Positions 47,800 through 55,324 of a stretch of 60,860 bases of DNA are shown one piece after another (within the stretch, counting starts at the first letter, position 1; each line of letters begins with the position of its first letter). The translations under genes were made by a program, and so were the position numbers. Where the stretch lies: positions 1-60,860 of IMG/VR virus record IMGVR_UViG_3300032320_000463. The stretch is one strand, 5' to 3'. Source of the DNA: a virus (lineage: Duplodnaviria; Caudoviricetes). Below the pieces are notes generated by a model that worked only from the letters and a program-made list of their open reading frames with translations, did no database searches and was not told the origin of the DNA.

Positions 47800-47810
47800 A
47801 TCTCTCTCCT

Positions 47811-47827
47811 TTTCATACGGTATGAAA
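47811..47827. promoter_or_regulatory. 17-bp palindrome, copy 1
   Basis: TTTCATACGGTATGAAA between the ATPase stop and the vWA SD. Confidence 0.75.
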
Positions 47828-48910
47828 TTACTTCTTGGCGAACAAGAAGTTGTTAGAAGCTGCCCACCCAGCGAACTCGGTGTTACGTGCGGCAACGTCA
47901 CGCTTGGGGCACTTGTCAGACATGACGCTACGTGCAAACAAACCTTGTGCTTCCTTGGGCATGCGGTTCATGAACTTCATCCATGCTTGCACAGTATCTT
48001 TCTCTATGCGTTGCACCGCTTTGGCAACCAACATGCAAGATGCCGCCGCAGATGTTGGTACGGTCGCAGTGTCAGGAGACTTGATCAACTCATCCCAGGG
48101 GGTAAGTTGAGAGTCGAGCTTGTCCATCGTCAAGATGTTGTGCATTGCCTTTTCACCCACCGTGCCTGCCAATGCATGACACATCACGTCATCACCCAGT
48201 ATGCGAGTGTTCTCGTAGACATACGCCGCCCTCTCCATAGAACGTGGTGTCACAAACGAACTGCGCACAGTGCGGGGGTCATTGATGTATGTATTCTGCT
48301 CGGGCTTCTCGTAGTCCTCGAACGATGCAAACATCTCAGGGTACTCAGCCACCGTACCAATGATCACAGGGTTGATACCGTAAGGTATGGCGAACTCTTC
48401 GATCCATGTCTTGGCGTTAGGCTTGGCGACACGCACCACAGTGATGCGGTTACGTGCATGCGGCGGTATGTTGTCACCGATACCCTCCACCGCTAAGTTA
48501 GTTGTACCAAACACCACTGACCCCTCGCTCAGTTGATAGGTGCCAAGCGAACGCTCATTCATCAGCCGGAGTGAGGCATTGAGTACACCACCCCGCGCTT
48601 TGCCGATCTCGTCCAGCATCATGACAACCTTCTTGCCCTTGAAGTGAAAGCCGAACTCTTCGTTAGGTATGAATGAGCACACCTCGTTACCGTCAATGTC
48701 CCTGATCTTGGGAACGATGAAGTCACCAACATCTTTAGTGGTGATGTCCACGTAGCAGAAGTACGCGTCCTTGAACTGCGGGTAAGACTTGAGCATCTTG
48801 AGAATGGCAGACTTGCCGATGCCCATCTCGCCCTGCACTAGGACAGTTTGTTGGTCGCCCACGGCGGCGATCAGGTCAGCAGATTGTTTGAGTGTGATTG
48901 CGTTGTACAT
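47828..48910 (-). CDS. AAA+ ATPase (MoxR/dynein-related)
   Basis: GEMGIGKS, MLDE, TTN, NR, TPRS. Confidence 0.9.
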   Translation of the reverse strand: MYNAITLKQSADLIAAVGDQQTVLVQGEMGIGKSAILKMLKSYPQFKDAYFCYVDITTKDVGDFIVPKIRDIDGNEVCSFIPNEEFGFHFKGKKVVMMLDEIGKARGGVLNASLRLMNERSLGTYQLSEGSVVFGTTNLAVEGIGDNIPPHARNRITVVRVAKPNAKTWIEEFAIPYGINPVIIGTVAEYPEMFASFEDYEKPEQNTYINDPRTVRSSFVTPRSMERAAYVYENTRILGDDVMCHALAGTVGEKAMHNILTMDKLDSQLTPWDELIKSPDTATVPTSAAASCMLVAKAVQRIEKDTVQAWMKFMNRMPKEAQGLFARSVMSDKCPKRDVAARNTEFAGWAASNNFLFAKK

Positions 48911-48936
48911 GTTACTTTCTCCTTTGGGTTAAAAAA

Positions 48937-49839
48937 TTAGATCTCGAACTTAGACAAGATGTTGTCCACCTTGCGCTTGGTCTGCTCACGCAGACTGTCG
49001 CTGTCTCGTAATGAGTCAGCATCCACACCACGCATCGCATCCTCCAGTTGCTTGCGCATCTCATCCAACCGTGTGTCGTTGGTTATGTTGAAACTCTTCA
49101 ATAGTCCGCAGATCTCCACGGCGTTGTCCACCAGTGAGTCACGGAAAATCTTACGCTTGCTCTCACCGTTACTGTCGGTGTCGTCAGTCAACCGCTCTGA
49201 CATGCGGGTCAGGCAGTCATGCAGTCGCTCCCATGCCTCGGTCATTGCCCCTGTAACACGTTGCTGTAAGACAGCTTCATACTGAGCTTGCAATTCACGT
49301 AAGCCATCCTCACCGATGTCCACCCTGAAGTCACCAGCTTGAGGCAGTGGGGTCATGCTGTAGCGCATGCCGAACTTGGACTCGATGTGTTCCCGTGTGG
49401 GGTAGTCCTCACGATTGAACAAGTCACCCAGTTGGAAAGCCGCCGCCGCAACCAGTGTGTCGTAGTCATTCAGAAAGTTGTTGACAGCAGTGCCGAACTG
49501 TTGCTCGTAATCAGTCAGCCGATCCTTGAACTCCATGAAGTGAGCCATGTTCAGCACACGGTCGCCGTTGTCGCCCCACGGTTGCGTCACCCCATACATC
49601 CACGAACGTATGGCATTGGCGATCTTGGTGATCTCGGTCAGCTTGGATGAACCCGCAAGCAGATTCTTGTGGTAGTTACCAGCACGTGTCTTGGTGCTGT
49701 TCTGTTGATCCACCTCCTCAGACACACGCTTGTCCAGTTTGCGTCCCGTCCATACAGACAGGGACAAGTTGACGATCAGCGCAGATGATGAAAGTTTGGA
49801 CACGCTGAAGTTGCCCAAGTCGATTGCAAAGTTACTCAT
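48937..49839 (-). CDS. DUF3150-like conserved phage protein
   Basis: WTGRKLDK...TQPW...DYP...DFR. Confidence 0.6.
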   Translation of the reverse strand: MSNFAIDLGNFSVSKLSSSALIVNLSLSVWTGRKLDKRVSEEVDQQNSTKTRAGNYHKNLLAGSSKLTEITKIANAIRSWMYGVTQPWGDNGDRVLNMAHFMEFKDRLTDYEQQFGTAVNNFLNDYDTLVAAAAFQLGDLFNREDYPTREHIESKFGMRYSMTPLPQAGDFRVDIGEDGLRELQAQYEAVLQQRVTGAMTEAWERLHDCLTRMSERLTDDTDSNGESKRKIFRDSLVDNAVEICGLLKSFNITNDTRLDEMRKQLEDAMRGVDADSLRDSDSLREQTKRKVDNILSKFEI

Positions 49840-49865
49840 GATTTACTTCCTTTAAGTTGTAGTGT

Positions 49866-49882
49866 TTTCATACCGTATGAAA
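49866..49882. promoter_or_regulatory. 17-bp palindrome, copy 2
   Basis: TTTCATACCGTATGAAA between promoter and SD. Confidence 0.75.
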
Positions 49883-49920
49883 TTACACTGTTTACTAACA
49901 CATTTACTAACACGAACTAC

Positions 49921-49948
49921 ATTATAACAGATTGACAGATAAAGTCAA
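49921..49948 (-). promoter_or_regulatory. sigma70 promoter
   Basis: TTGACT, ~16 bp, TATAAT. Confidence 0.75.
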
Positions 49949-50046
49949 TTTGGTCTCCACACGAAAAGATCTAGGCACACAACCAACAAGGCGATGCTTG
50001 CCGTCAATGTGTAAGTGACTATCCATATCTTTTTGGCTTTACTCAT
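49945..50046 (-). CDS. Short TM peptide
   Basis: MSKAKKIWIVTYTLTASIALLVVCLDLFVWRPN. Confidence 0.55.
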   Translation of the reverse strand: MSKAKKIWIVTYTLTASIALLVVCLDLFVWRPN

Positions 50047-50249
50047 TTCACTTGCTCCCATCCATAGGTTTTTACATTCACTGGTGTATTGGCTTGCGTT
50101 GCCGCATGCATGCGCTTGGCACGTGTGATAGTCAGCGCATCCCACTCTATGCGCTCACCCGTGTCGGTCTCTACGTAGAACATATAACTTGTTGCTACTT
50201 GTGGCGTTCCCCACATATCTATTGTGATGTCGTCTTCAGCTTGTTTCAC
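50043..50249 (-). CDS. Hypothetical early protein
   Basis: GTG start after AAGGAG. Confidence 0.6.
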   Translation of the reverse strand: MKQAEDDITIDMWGTPQVATSYMFYVETDTGERIEWDALTITRAKRMHAATQANTPVNVKTYGWEQVK

Positions 50250-50412
50250 CTAATATCTCCTTCAACTCGTTTGGATACGCACGTGACATGTCGTGCAGAA
50301 GTTTTACAAACTCAAAGTTTTTTATAGAGCCGCTGAAGTCTGCCTTCAGGCACTCCCTCACGTATGTCCACGCCATGATGGCGTGTTGCTGTTGTTCTCG
50401 TTCTCGATTCAT
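50236..50412 (-). CDS. 58-aa hypothetical early protein (absent from ORF track)
   Basis: SD GAGGTG; MNREREQQQHAIMAWTYVRE... Confidence 0.55.
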   Translation of the reverse strand: MNREREQQQHAIMAWTYVRECLKADFSGSIKNFEFVKLLHDMSRAYPNELKEILGETS

Positions 50413-50636
50413 ATATCACCTCTCAATATCTTTTGGTTTGTTTGTTTCAGGGTCAGATGTGCAGAGTCACGTGTGATGAACATATACCCGCCCTTGCCGT
50501 ACTCTTGCACTACTGTCCAACTCTTGCGTTCCTGACGTGCGGCTTTCTCACCGCAGTCCACGCACAGGGTTGTCAACTGCGCCCTCGCTGGAGGGTCGAT
50601 CTCGTCACCGCATATGCGGCAGTCTGTTGTTGGCAT
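50409..50636 (-). CDS. DksA/TraR-like C4 zinc-finger protein
   Basis: CRICGDEIDPPAR...LCVDCG. Confidence 0.6.
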   Translation of the reverse strand: MPTTDCRICGDEIDPPARAQLTTLCVDCGEKAARQERKSWTVVQEYGKGGYMFITRDSAHLTLKQTNQKILRGDI

Positions 50637-50637
50637 G

Positions 50638-50841
50638 TTAAATTTTCTCGATCCAGTGGATACACCCAAACTTGGGGCCAACAAGTACACCCGCGCTATA
50701 GCTCTCCATATCCCAGCCGGAGCAACCGTCAATCGGGTTGCTTCTTTGGTTGATGTCACCCATCAGGGAACAACTACCCTCATTGTTTTTGTGGGGGTCA
50801 GGTGTGTAGTGGGCGCACTTGTCGCACGTATTGTTTGTCAT
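50638..50841 (-). CDS. Small Cys-rich protein
   Basis: SD AAAGGAG; CDKCAHY...GSC...FGCIHW. Confidence 0.65.
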   Translation of the reverse strand: MTNNTCDKCAHYTPDPHKNNEGSCSLMGDINQRSNPIDGCSGWDMESYSAGVLVGPKFGCIHWIEKI

Positions 50842-51352
50842 GATCACTCTCCTTTGTCTGATGCAAGATCGCATCGTGTAGGGCATAGATGTGCTATGCC
50901 CTACGGGTTGTTATCTCGCTATGGGTTGTATTGTTTAGTGCTGGTTGTTGTAACTGCGATAGTGTTTGTCGTTCACGCATATCCCGATATCGGTTCGTGT
51001 TCCTAGAAGTTGTTGGTATGTGTTCGGTTCATGCCGTGCGGCGTGCGGTTTATTGCCTATCAAATAAAAAATCAGCACTCACTCTCACATACATACTCTT
51101 CATTAGGGTTGTTGCACGTTTCCATGCAGAGCACCCCACACATTTAGGCAGTATCTGTATTGACTTGCGCTTTGCTATCGGTCGTGTTCGGTGCCACACA
51201 TGACGCACACTACTGACCTACACCACAAAGTGCACCGACTGACTACGGTACGCCTATTCACGCAGGATGGATTCACGGCACAGCGTTGTGTTCTTCTTGT
51301 GCTTTCTACCTATGCGCTTCTTGCATCGAGCAAGCGGCGGTTTAGTTTGGAT

Positions 51353-51369
51353 TTTCATACGGTATGAAA
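51353..51369. promoter_or_regulatory. 17-bp palindrome, copy 3
   Basis: Extends to GATTTTCATACGGTATGAAAATC. Confidence 0.75.
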
Positions 51370-51385
51370 ATCGGTGTTTAGCGAA

Positions 51386-51398
51386 TTGTTAAAGAGCA
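51386..51398 (-). promoter_or_regulatory. boxA antitermination element
   Basis: TGCTCTTTAACAA, the rrn-type consensus, preceded by a short hairpin. Confidence 0.8.
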
Positions 51399-51466
51399 TG
51401 GGCAAGCCCATCGGGTTAGTGCGATCACTATTTACCCTACAACATGTTTTCACGTGTTGAGCCTCT

Positions 51467-51495
51467 ACTGTACCACAAAGAGTCTTGAATGTCAA
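51467..51495 (-). promoter_or_regulatory. Strong early sigma70 promoter
   Basis: TTGACA, 17 bp, TACAGT with extended TG. Confidence 0.8.
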
Positions 51496-51530
51496 GTTGT
51501 GACAAGGCGTTGTTATGTGGTGATAAAACT

Positions 51531-51855
51531 GCATTATTCCTTTTTTTCTGTATTATTCTGCGGGCACAGAATAAAGCAAAGCCAATAGGCATGCGGGTTG
51601 TGAGAGGTTTTGGGTGTATTTTTCTATTATTCTGTGGTTTTGAGATGAGAGAGACAAAACATCGCCAAGAGCGTAAGCAAGCATGCGAATTTAAGCAAAA
51701 ACTGGGGAATTTGGAGTTTTTTGAAATTGTCTCTTCATATATATTTTTTACAGAATAATAGAATAATAGGGGAAAAACCCTGCGGGAACCCGCATGGATG
51801 CTGGGTTTCATATTATTCTGTGGTCACAGAATTTTTAGGAATAATTGAATAAAAC
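51531..51855. other. Putative replication origin (dyad-symmetric iteron array)
   Basis: TATTATTCTG repeats and CATGCGGGTT/AACCCGCATG mirrored about 51693. Confidence 0.55.
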
Positions 51856-51887
51856 GCGAGACAGCACTGCGTTATACGCAGTTGACA

Positions 51888-51904
51888 TTTCATACCGTAT
51901 GAAG
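51888..51904. promoter_or_regulatory. 17-bp palindrome, copy 4
   Basis: TTTCATACCGTATGAAG (one mismatch). Confidence 0.7.
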
Positions 51905-51960
51905 ATCTGCTTACGTAATACGGTGCAACCTTACGCAGGGGAATTCCCTATGCGTCAATA

Positions 51961-52130
51961 CGGCCCGCATCGAGGGAACAGTTATCGGTATAAGTTGTTG
52001 TAATTTCATACCGTGTGAAATTACTTAGATTTTAAGTTACCAACATCTTGTCACGTGATAACACACTACAACTTCTTTGTAGGATGATTCTTTTTGATGT
52101 CTTGCGGCCCGCTTTGAGGGAACAGTTATC
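51961..52130. repeat. 26-bp direct repeat pair
   Basis: CGGCCCGCwTyGAGGGAACAGTTATC at 51961-51986 and 52105-52130, 24/26 identical. Confidence 0.9.
52004..52020. promoter_or_regulatory. 17-bp palindrome, copy 5
   Basis: GTAA-TTTCATACCGTGTGAAA-TTAC (one mismatch). Confidence 0.7.
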
Positions 52131-52194
52131 AAAGCTCTTCCACGTGGAAGAGCATGATGGTGCTGGATGTTGTGGTGTGGGGGAATTTTGGGCG

Positions 52195-52223
52195 AAAAAA
52201 ACCCCCCGATTTCTCGGGGGGTT
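52195..52223 (-). terminator. Terminator after the first early gene
   Basis: Minus strand CCCCCCGA-GAAA-TCGGGGGG then a T-run. Confidence 0.85.
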
Positions 52224-52231
52224 GTAGGGGT

Positions 52232-52744
52232 TTACTCTTTTATCTCATCTCCCTCTGCTTTGAAGTACTCCACAAAACCTTCGTACATGGTTTTGATCGA
52301 ATCAGCTTGATACTGATTCTCTATGGCCTCGCACAATGCCATGAATGATTTTCCATTGTCATGGTTGAATGCGGGTCTGAACAGATCTGCAAAGGGTTTG
52401 TTACCCTTTGCGGTACTACCCGCCCTTGCTCCCGATGGGCTCGCACCTTTGCGTTTCGGATTCCAGTCACTGACTGGTTTACCGGTAGCTACTGCCTCCC
52501 GAAAGGTCGTCAGATAGTTGGCAGATGTACCAGCCGCTAGCCCCCCTGAAATCAACGCATCATAAAAAGCGGTTGCAATGGAGCACTTACCCTTGCGACC
52601 AACCACAACCTTTGCCTTGTGTAGGACAACGATTTGCTTATTAGCATCGTCTTTTAGGGAGGCCGCTTTGTCTTCATGAGACTTTGCAGATACCAAAGAA
52701 GTTGCGATGGAAGCGGCAATAGCCGTGTAAGAGATTTTGGACAT
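52232..52744 (-). CDS. Monocistronic early protein of unknown function (170 aa)
   Basis: SD AAAGGGA; own terminator. Confidence 0.75.
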   Translation of the reverse strand: MSKISYTAIAASIATSLVSAKSHEDKAASLKDDANKQIVVLHKAKVVVGRKGKCSIATAFYDALISGGLAAGTSANYLTTFREAVATGKPVSDWNPKRKGASPSGARAGSTAKGNKPFADLFRPAFNHDNGKSFMALCEAIENQYQADSIKTMYEGFVEYFKAEGDEIKE

Positions 52745-52877
52745 GATGTCCCTTTCAATGTGCAGATGGTTAAATGATTTATGGATCAAGCGCACCTCCC
52801 CAATCCATGAATGTATTACACCACAATTCGTCATAGGTTGCACGGGATAGACACAAGTTGACACCTAGGGCTTTGAA

Positions 52878-52894
52878 TTTCATACGGTATGAAA
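52878..52894. promoter_or_regulatory. 17-bp palindrome, copy 6
   Basis: TTTCATACGGTATGAAA upstream of the first early gene. Confidence 0.75.
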
Positions 52895-53141
52895 ATCGAG
52901 ACCCCACCCCCCACTAACTGGCGGCTTGTTGTGTGTAGTGCTATGCACTGTGTTTCACTCAAAAGATCACAAAGAAAAAACTAAAACGACCCCCTACCCC
53001 GTGCAAATTTTGATCGACGGGGTTTGAGCTACCCATAACTAACACCCCCCAAGATGTTTCTATGTGAAATACCCCACCCCCCTATATAATTTTTTAAAAA
53101 AGCGTGTACACTTCGCACAAATTGGAGCTACAAACCGCACC

Positions 53142-53762
53142 ATGATTCTTGTTACACCTGAATTAGACGTACCCGTACCCTTTTCGCTTACACCGCAGGA
53201 AGCTAAAGATTTGCACGCCCGTGCACAAGCTGCGTTCAATACGGTTGAGTTCTTAACGGCCAACGGGATGCAACTTCCCGCAGTGACCGCCGCAGATAAA
53301 AAAGAAGCGCGTGAGCAATTCTTTGAGACACCCACTGCAAACAAAGAGATCAGTTCGGCAACTGCTGTAATGCTCAAGGCTATGCTGAATGAGTACGACG
53401 TTGAAGTCGTGCGTAATGCGGCGCAAGTTAGAAATTACGTCAAGATGCGTCTAATGATGTTGACAGACTCTAATAAAGAGTCAACCCAGTTGAAGGCGCT
53501 AGAACTTCTGGGCAAGATGAGTGACGTGCAGGCGTTTACCGAACGGCTTGAAGTTAATGTGACGCACCGTACTACTGAAGAATTGCAAGCGGAATTGGCA
53601 AGCAAGTTGTCTTCTTATATGGAGGGCATTATTGATGTAGAGGCTAAGGCTCTTGAGATCCCGCAAGAAAGATATTTGAACGATGCACCTGCGGTGCAAG
53701 TGATTGATTTGGACGAGGAGTTAGGGCTCACTGGCAAAGAGTTGGAAGAGCTTGATGACTGA
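53142..53762 (+). CDS. terS: Putative terminase small subunit
   Basis: LKALELLGKMSDV motif; SD GGAG; overlaps terL start. Confidence 0.7.
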   Translation: MILVTPELDVPVPFSLTPQEAKDLHARAQAAFNTVEFLTANGMQLPAVTAADKKEAREQFFETPTANKEISSATAVMLKAMLNEYDVEVVRNAAQVRNYVKMRLMMLTDSNKESTQLKALELLGKMSDVQAFTERLEVNVTHRTTEELQAELASKLSSYMEGIIDVEAKALEIPQERYLNDAPAVQVIDLDEELGLTGKELEELDD

Positions 53763-55314
53763 AGTCGTTGAGAAGACAAAACTTGAGTTGGTGCTGGAGA
53801 AACTCCAGACGCTGCCGTACAGTCAGCAGCAGATGCTGATCAAAAAGTTCCCCAAAGATGAGCAGGAAGCCATCGCAGAAATTCTGGATGAGCTCAACAC
53901 AAGAAAACTTAGGGAAAAAGCGTCAGACGACTTCATGGTGTTTGTGCAGGAGATGTGGCCTAACTTCATCCATGGTCGGCACCATGCCAAGATGGCCCAA
54001 GCGTTTGAGCGGGTGGCGCGAGGCGAGTGTAAAAGGCTCATCATCAACATGCCGCCACGGCATACCAAGTCAGAATTTGCGTCTTATCTGCTGCCAGCTT
54101 GGTTTTTTGGCAAATTTCCGGGCAAAAAAGTCATTCAGACCAGCCACACTGCTGAGTTGGCTGTAGGTTTTGGTCGAAAAGTGCGTAACTTGGTGGATTC
54201 GCCTAACTATAAGCGGATATTTCCGGCCTTAGACCTGCAATCGGACTCAAAAGCAGCGGGCCGTTGGAACACAAACTTTGGCGGGGAGTATTTTGCTATC
54301 GGTATTGGGGGTGCCGTGACCGGTAAAGGTGCGGATATCCTGATTATTGATGACCCGCACTCGGAACAAGAGGCTGCGATGGCGCAGACTAACCCGGAAA
54401 TTTACGACAAGACATACGAGTGGTACACATCTGGCCCACGTCAGCGGTTGCAGCCGGGCGGCTCTATTGTTGTGGTGATGACACGCTGGTCTAAAAGAGA
54501 TTTGACCGGCCAAGTGATAAAAGCGGCAGCGCAAAGGTCAGGTGAAGAGTGGGAAGTCATTGAATTTCCGGCAATCCTGCCTTCGGGTAAACCCCTATGG
54601 CCTGAATTTTGGTCACTTGACGAGCTGCAAGCCTTAAAAGAGGAACTGCCTAACGCCAAGTGGCAAGCGCAGTACATGCAGCAGCCGACTTCTGATGTGT
54701 CGGCAATTATTAAGCGGGAATGGTGGAAGATTTGGGATGAGGATAGTCCCCCCTCGTGCGAATTTATCATTCAGTCTTGGGATACGGCGTTTCTTAAAAC
54801 GGAGCGGGCTGACTACTCGGCATGCACAACATGGGGGGTGTTCTATCAAGATGATGATCGGGGAGTTTCACGGGCTAATATCATTTTGCTGAATGCTTTC
54901 AAGAAACGTATGGAGTTTCCTGAATTAAAGGCACGGGCATACCAAGAATTTAACGAGTGGGAAGTTGATTCGCTGATTGTAGAAGCGAAAGCGGCGGGTA
55001 GCCCACTTATTTTTGAGCTTCGGGCGATGGGAATCCCCGTGCAGGAGTTCACACCGAGCAAGGGAAATGACAAAATAGCTCGTCTGAATGCCGTGGCTGA
55101 TATGTTTGCATCGGGGCATGTTTGGGTGCCTAATACACACTGGGCAGAAGAATTGGTTGAGGAAGTTGCAAGTTTTCCGTCAGGCGAGCATGACGACATG
55201 GTGGACTCAATGAGTCAGGCATTGCTACGTTACAGACGTGGCGGCTTTATTCAACTGGCATCTGACGAAGAAGATGAACCACGGCAATTCCGCAGGAAAG
55301 TGCCGTACTACTGA
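53755..55314 (+). CDS. terL: Terminase large subunit
   Basis: PPRHTKS, LIIDDP, MTRW, SWDTA, HDDMVDS. Confidence 0.95.
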   Translation: MTEVVEKTKLELVLEKLQTLPYSQQQMLIKKFPKDEQEAIAEILDELNTRKLREKASDDFMVFVQEMWPNFIHGRHHAKMAQAFERVARGECKRLIINMPPRHTKSEFASYLLPAWFFGKFPGKKVIQTSHTAELAVGFGRKVRNLVDSPNYKRIFPALDLQSDSKAAGRWNTNFGGEYFAIGIGGAVTGKGADILIIDDPHSEQEAAMAQTNPEIYDKTYEWYTSGPRQRLQPGGSIVVVMTRWSKRDLTGQVIKAAAQRSGEEWEVIEFPAILPSGKPLWPEFWSLDELQALKEELPNAKWQAQYMQQPTSDVSAIIKREWWKIWDEDSPPSCEFIIQSWDTAFLKTERADYSACTTWGVFYQDDDRGVSRANIILLNAFKKRMEFPELKARAYQEFNEWEVDSLIVEAKAAGSPLIFELRAMGIPVQEFTPSKGNDKIARLNAVADMFASGHVWVPNTHWAEELVEEVASFPSGEHDDMVDSMSQALLRYRRGGFIQLASDEEDEPRQFRRKVPYY

Positions 55315-55324
55315 GGATTAAATT

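Noticed and set aside
50889-51203. ORF on the + strand in the early leader
   Set aside because: Antisense to the early promoter, no SD, implausible composition
51437-51811. ORFs 51437-51811 (-) and 51489-51758 (+)
   Set aside because: They overlap the promoter and iteron array, with low-complexity composition and no clear SD
51882-51910. + strand promoter from TTGACA next to palindrome copy 4
   Set aside because: No acceptable -10 hexamer at 16-18 bp
52134-52153. Inverted SapI sites as a cloning scar
   Set aside because: No vector sequence nearby; part of a natural palindrome-rich patch
47811-52894. CRISPR or mini-array from the 17-bp and 26-bp repeats
   Set aside because: Spacing is irregular (about 0.1-2 kb) and no cas operon is present; the Cas4-like gene sits in the replication module
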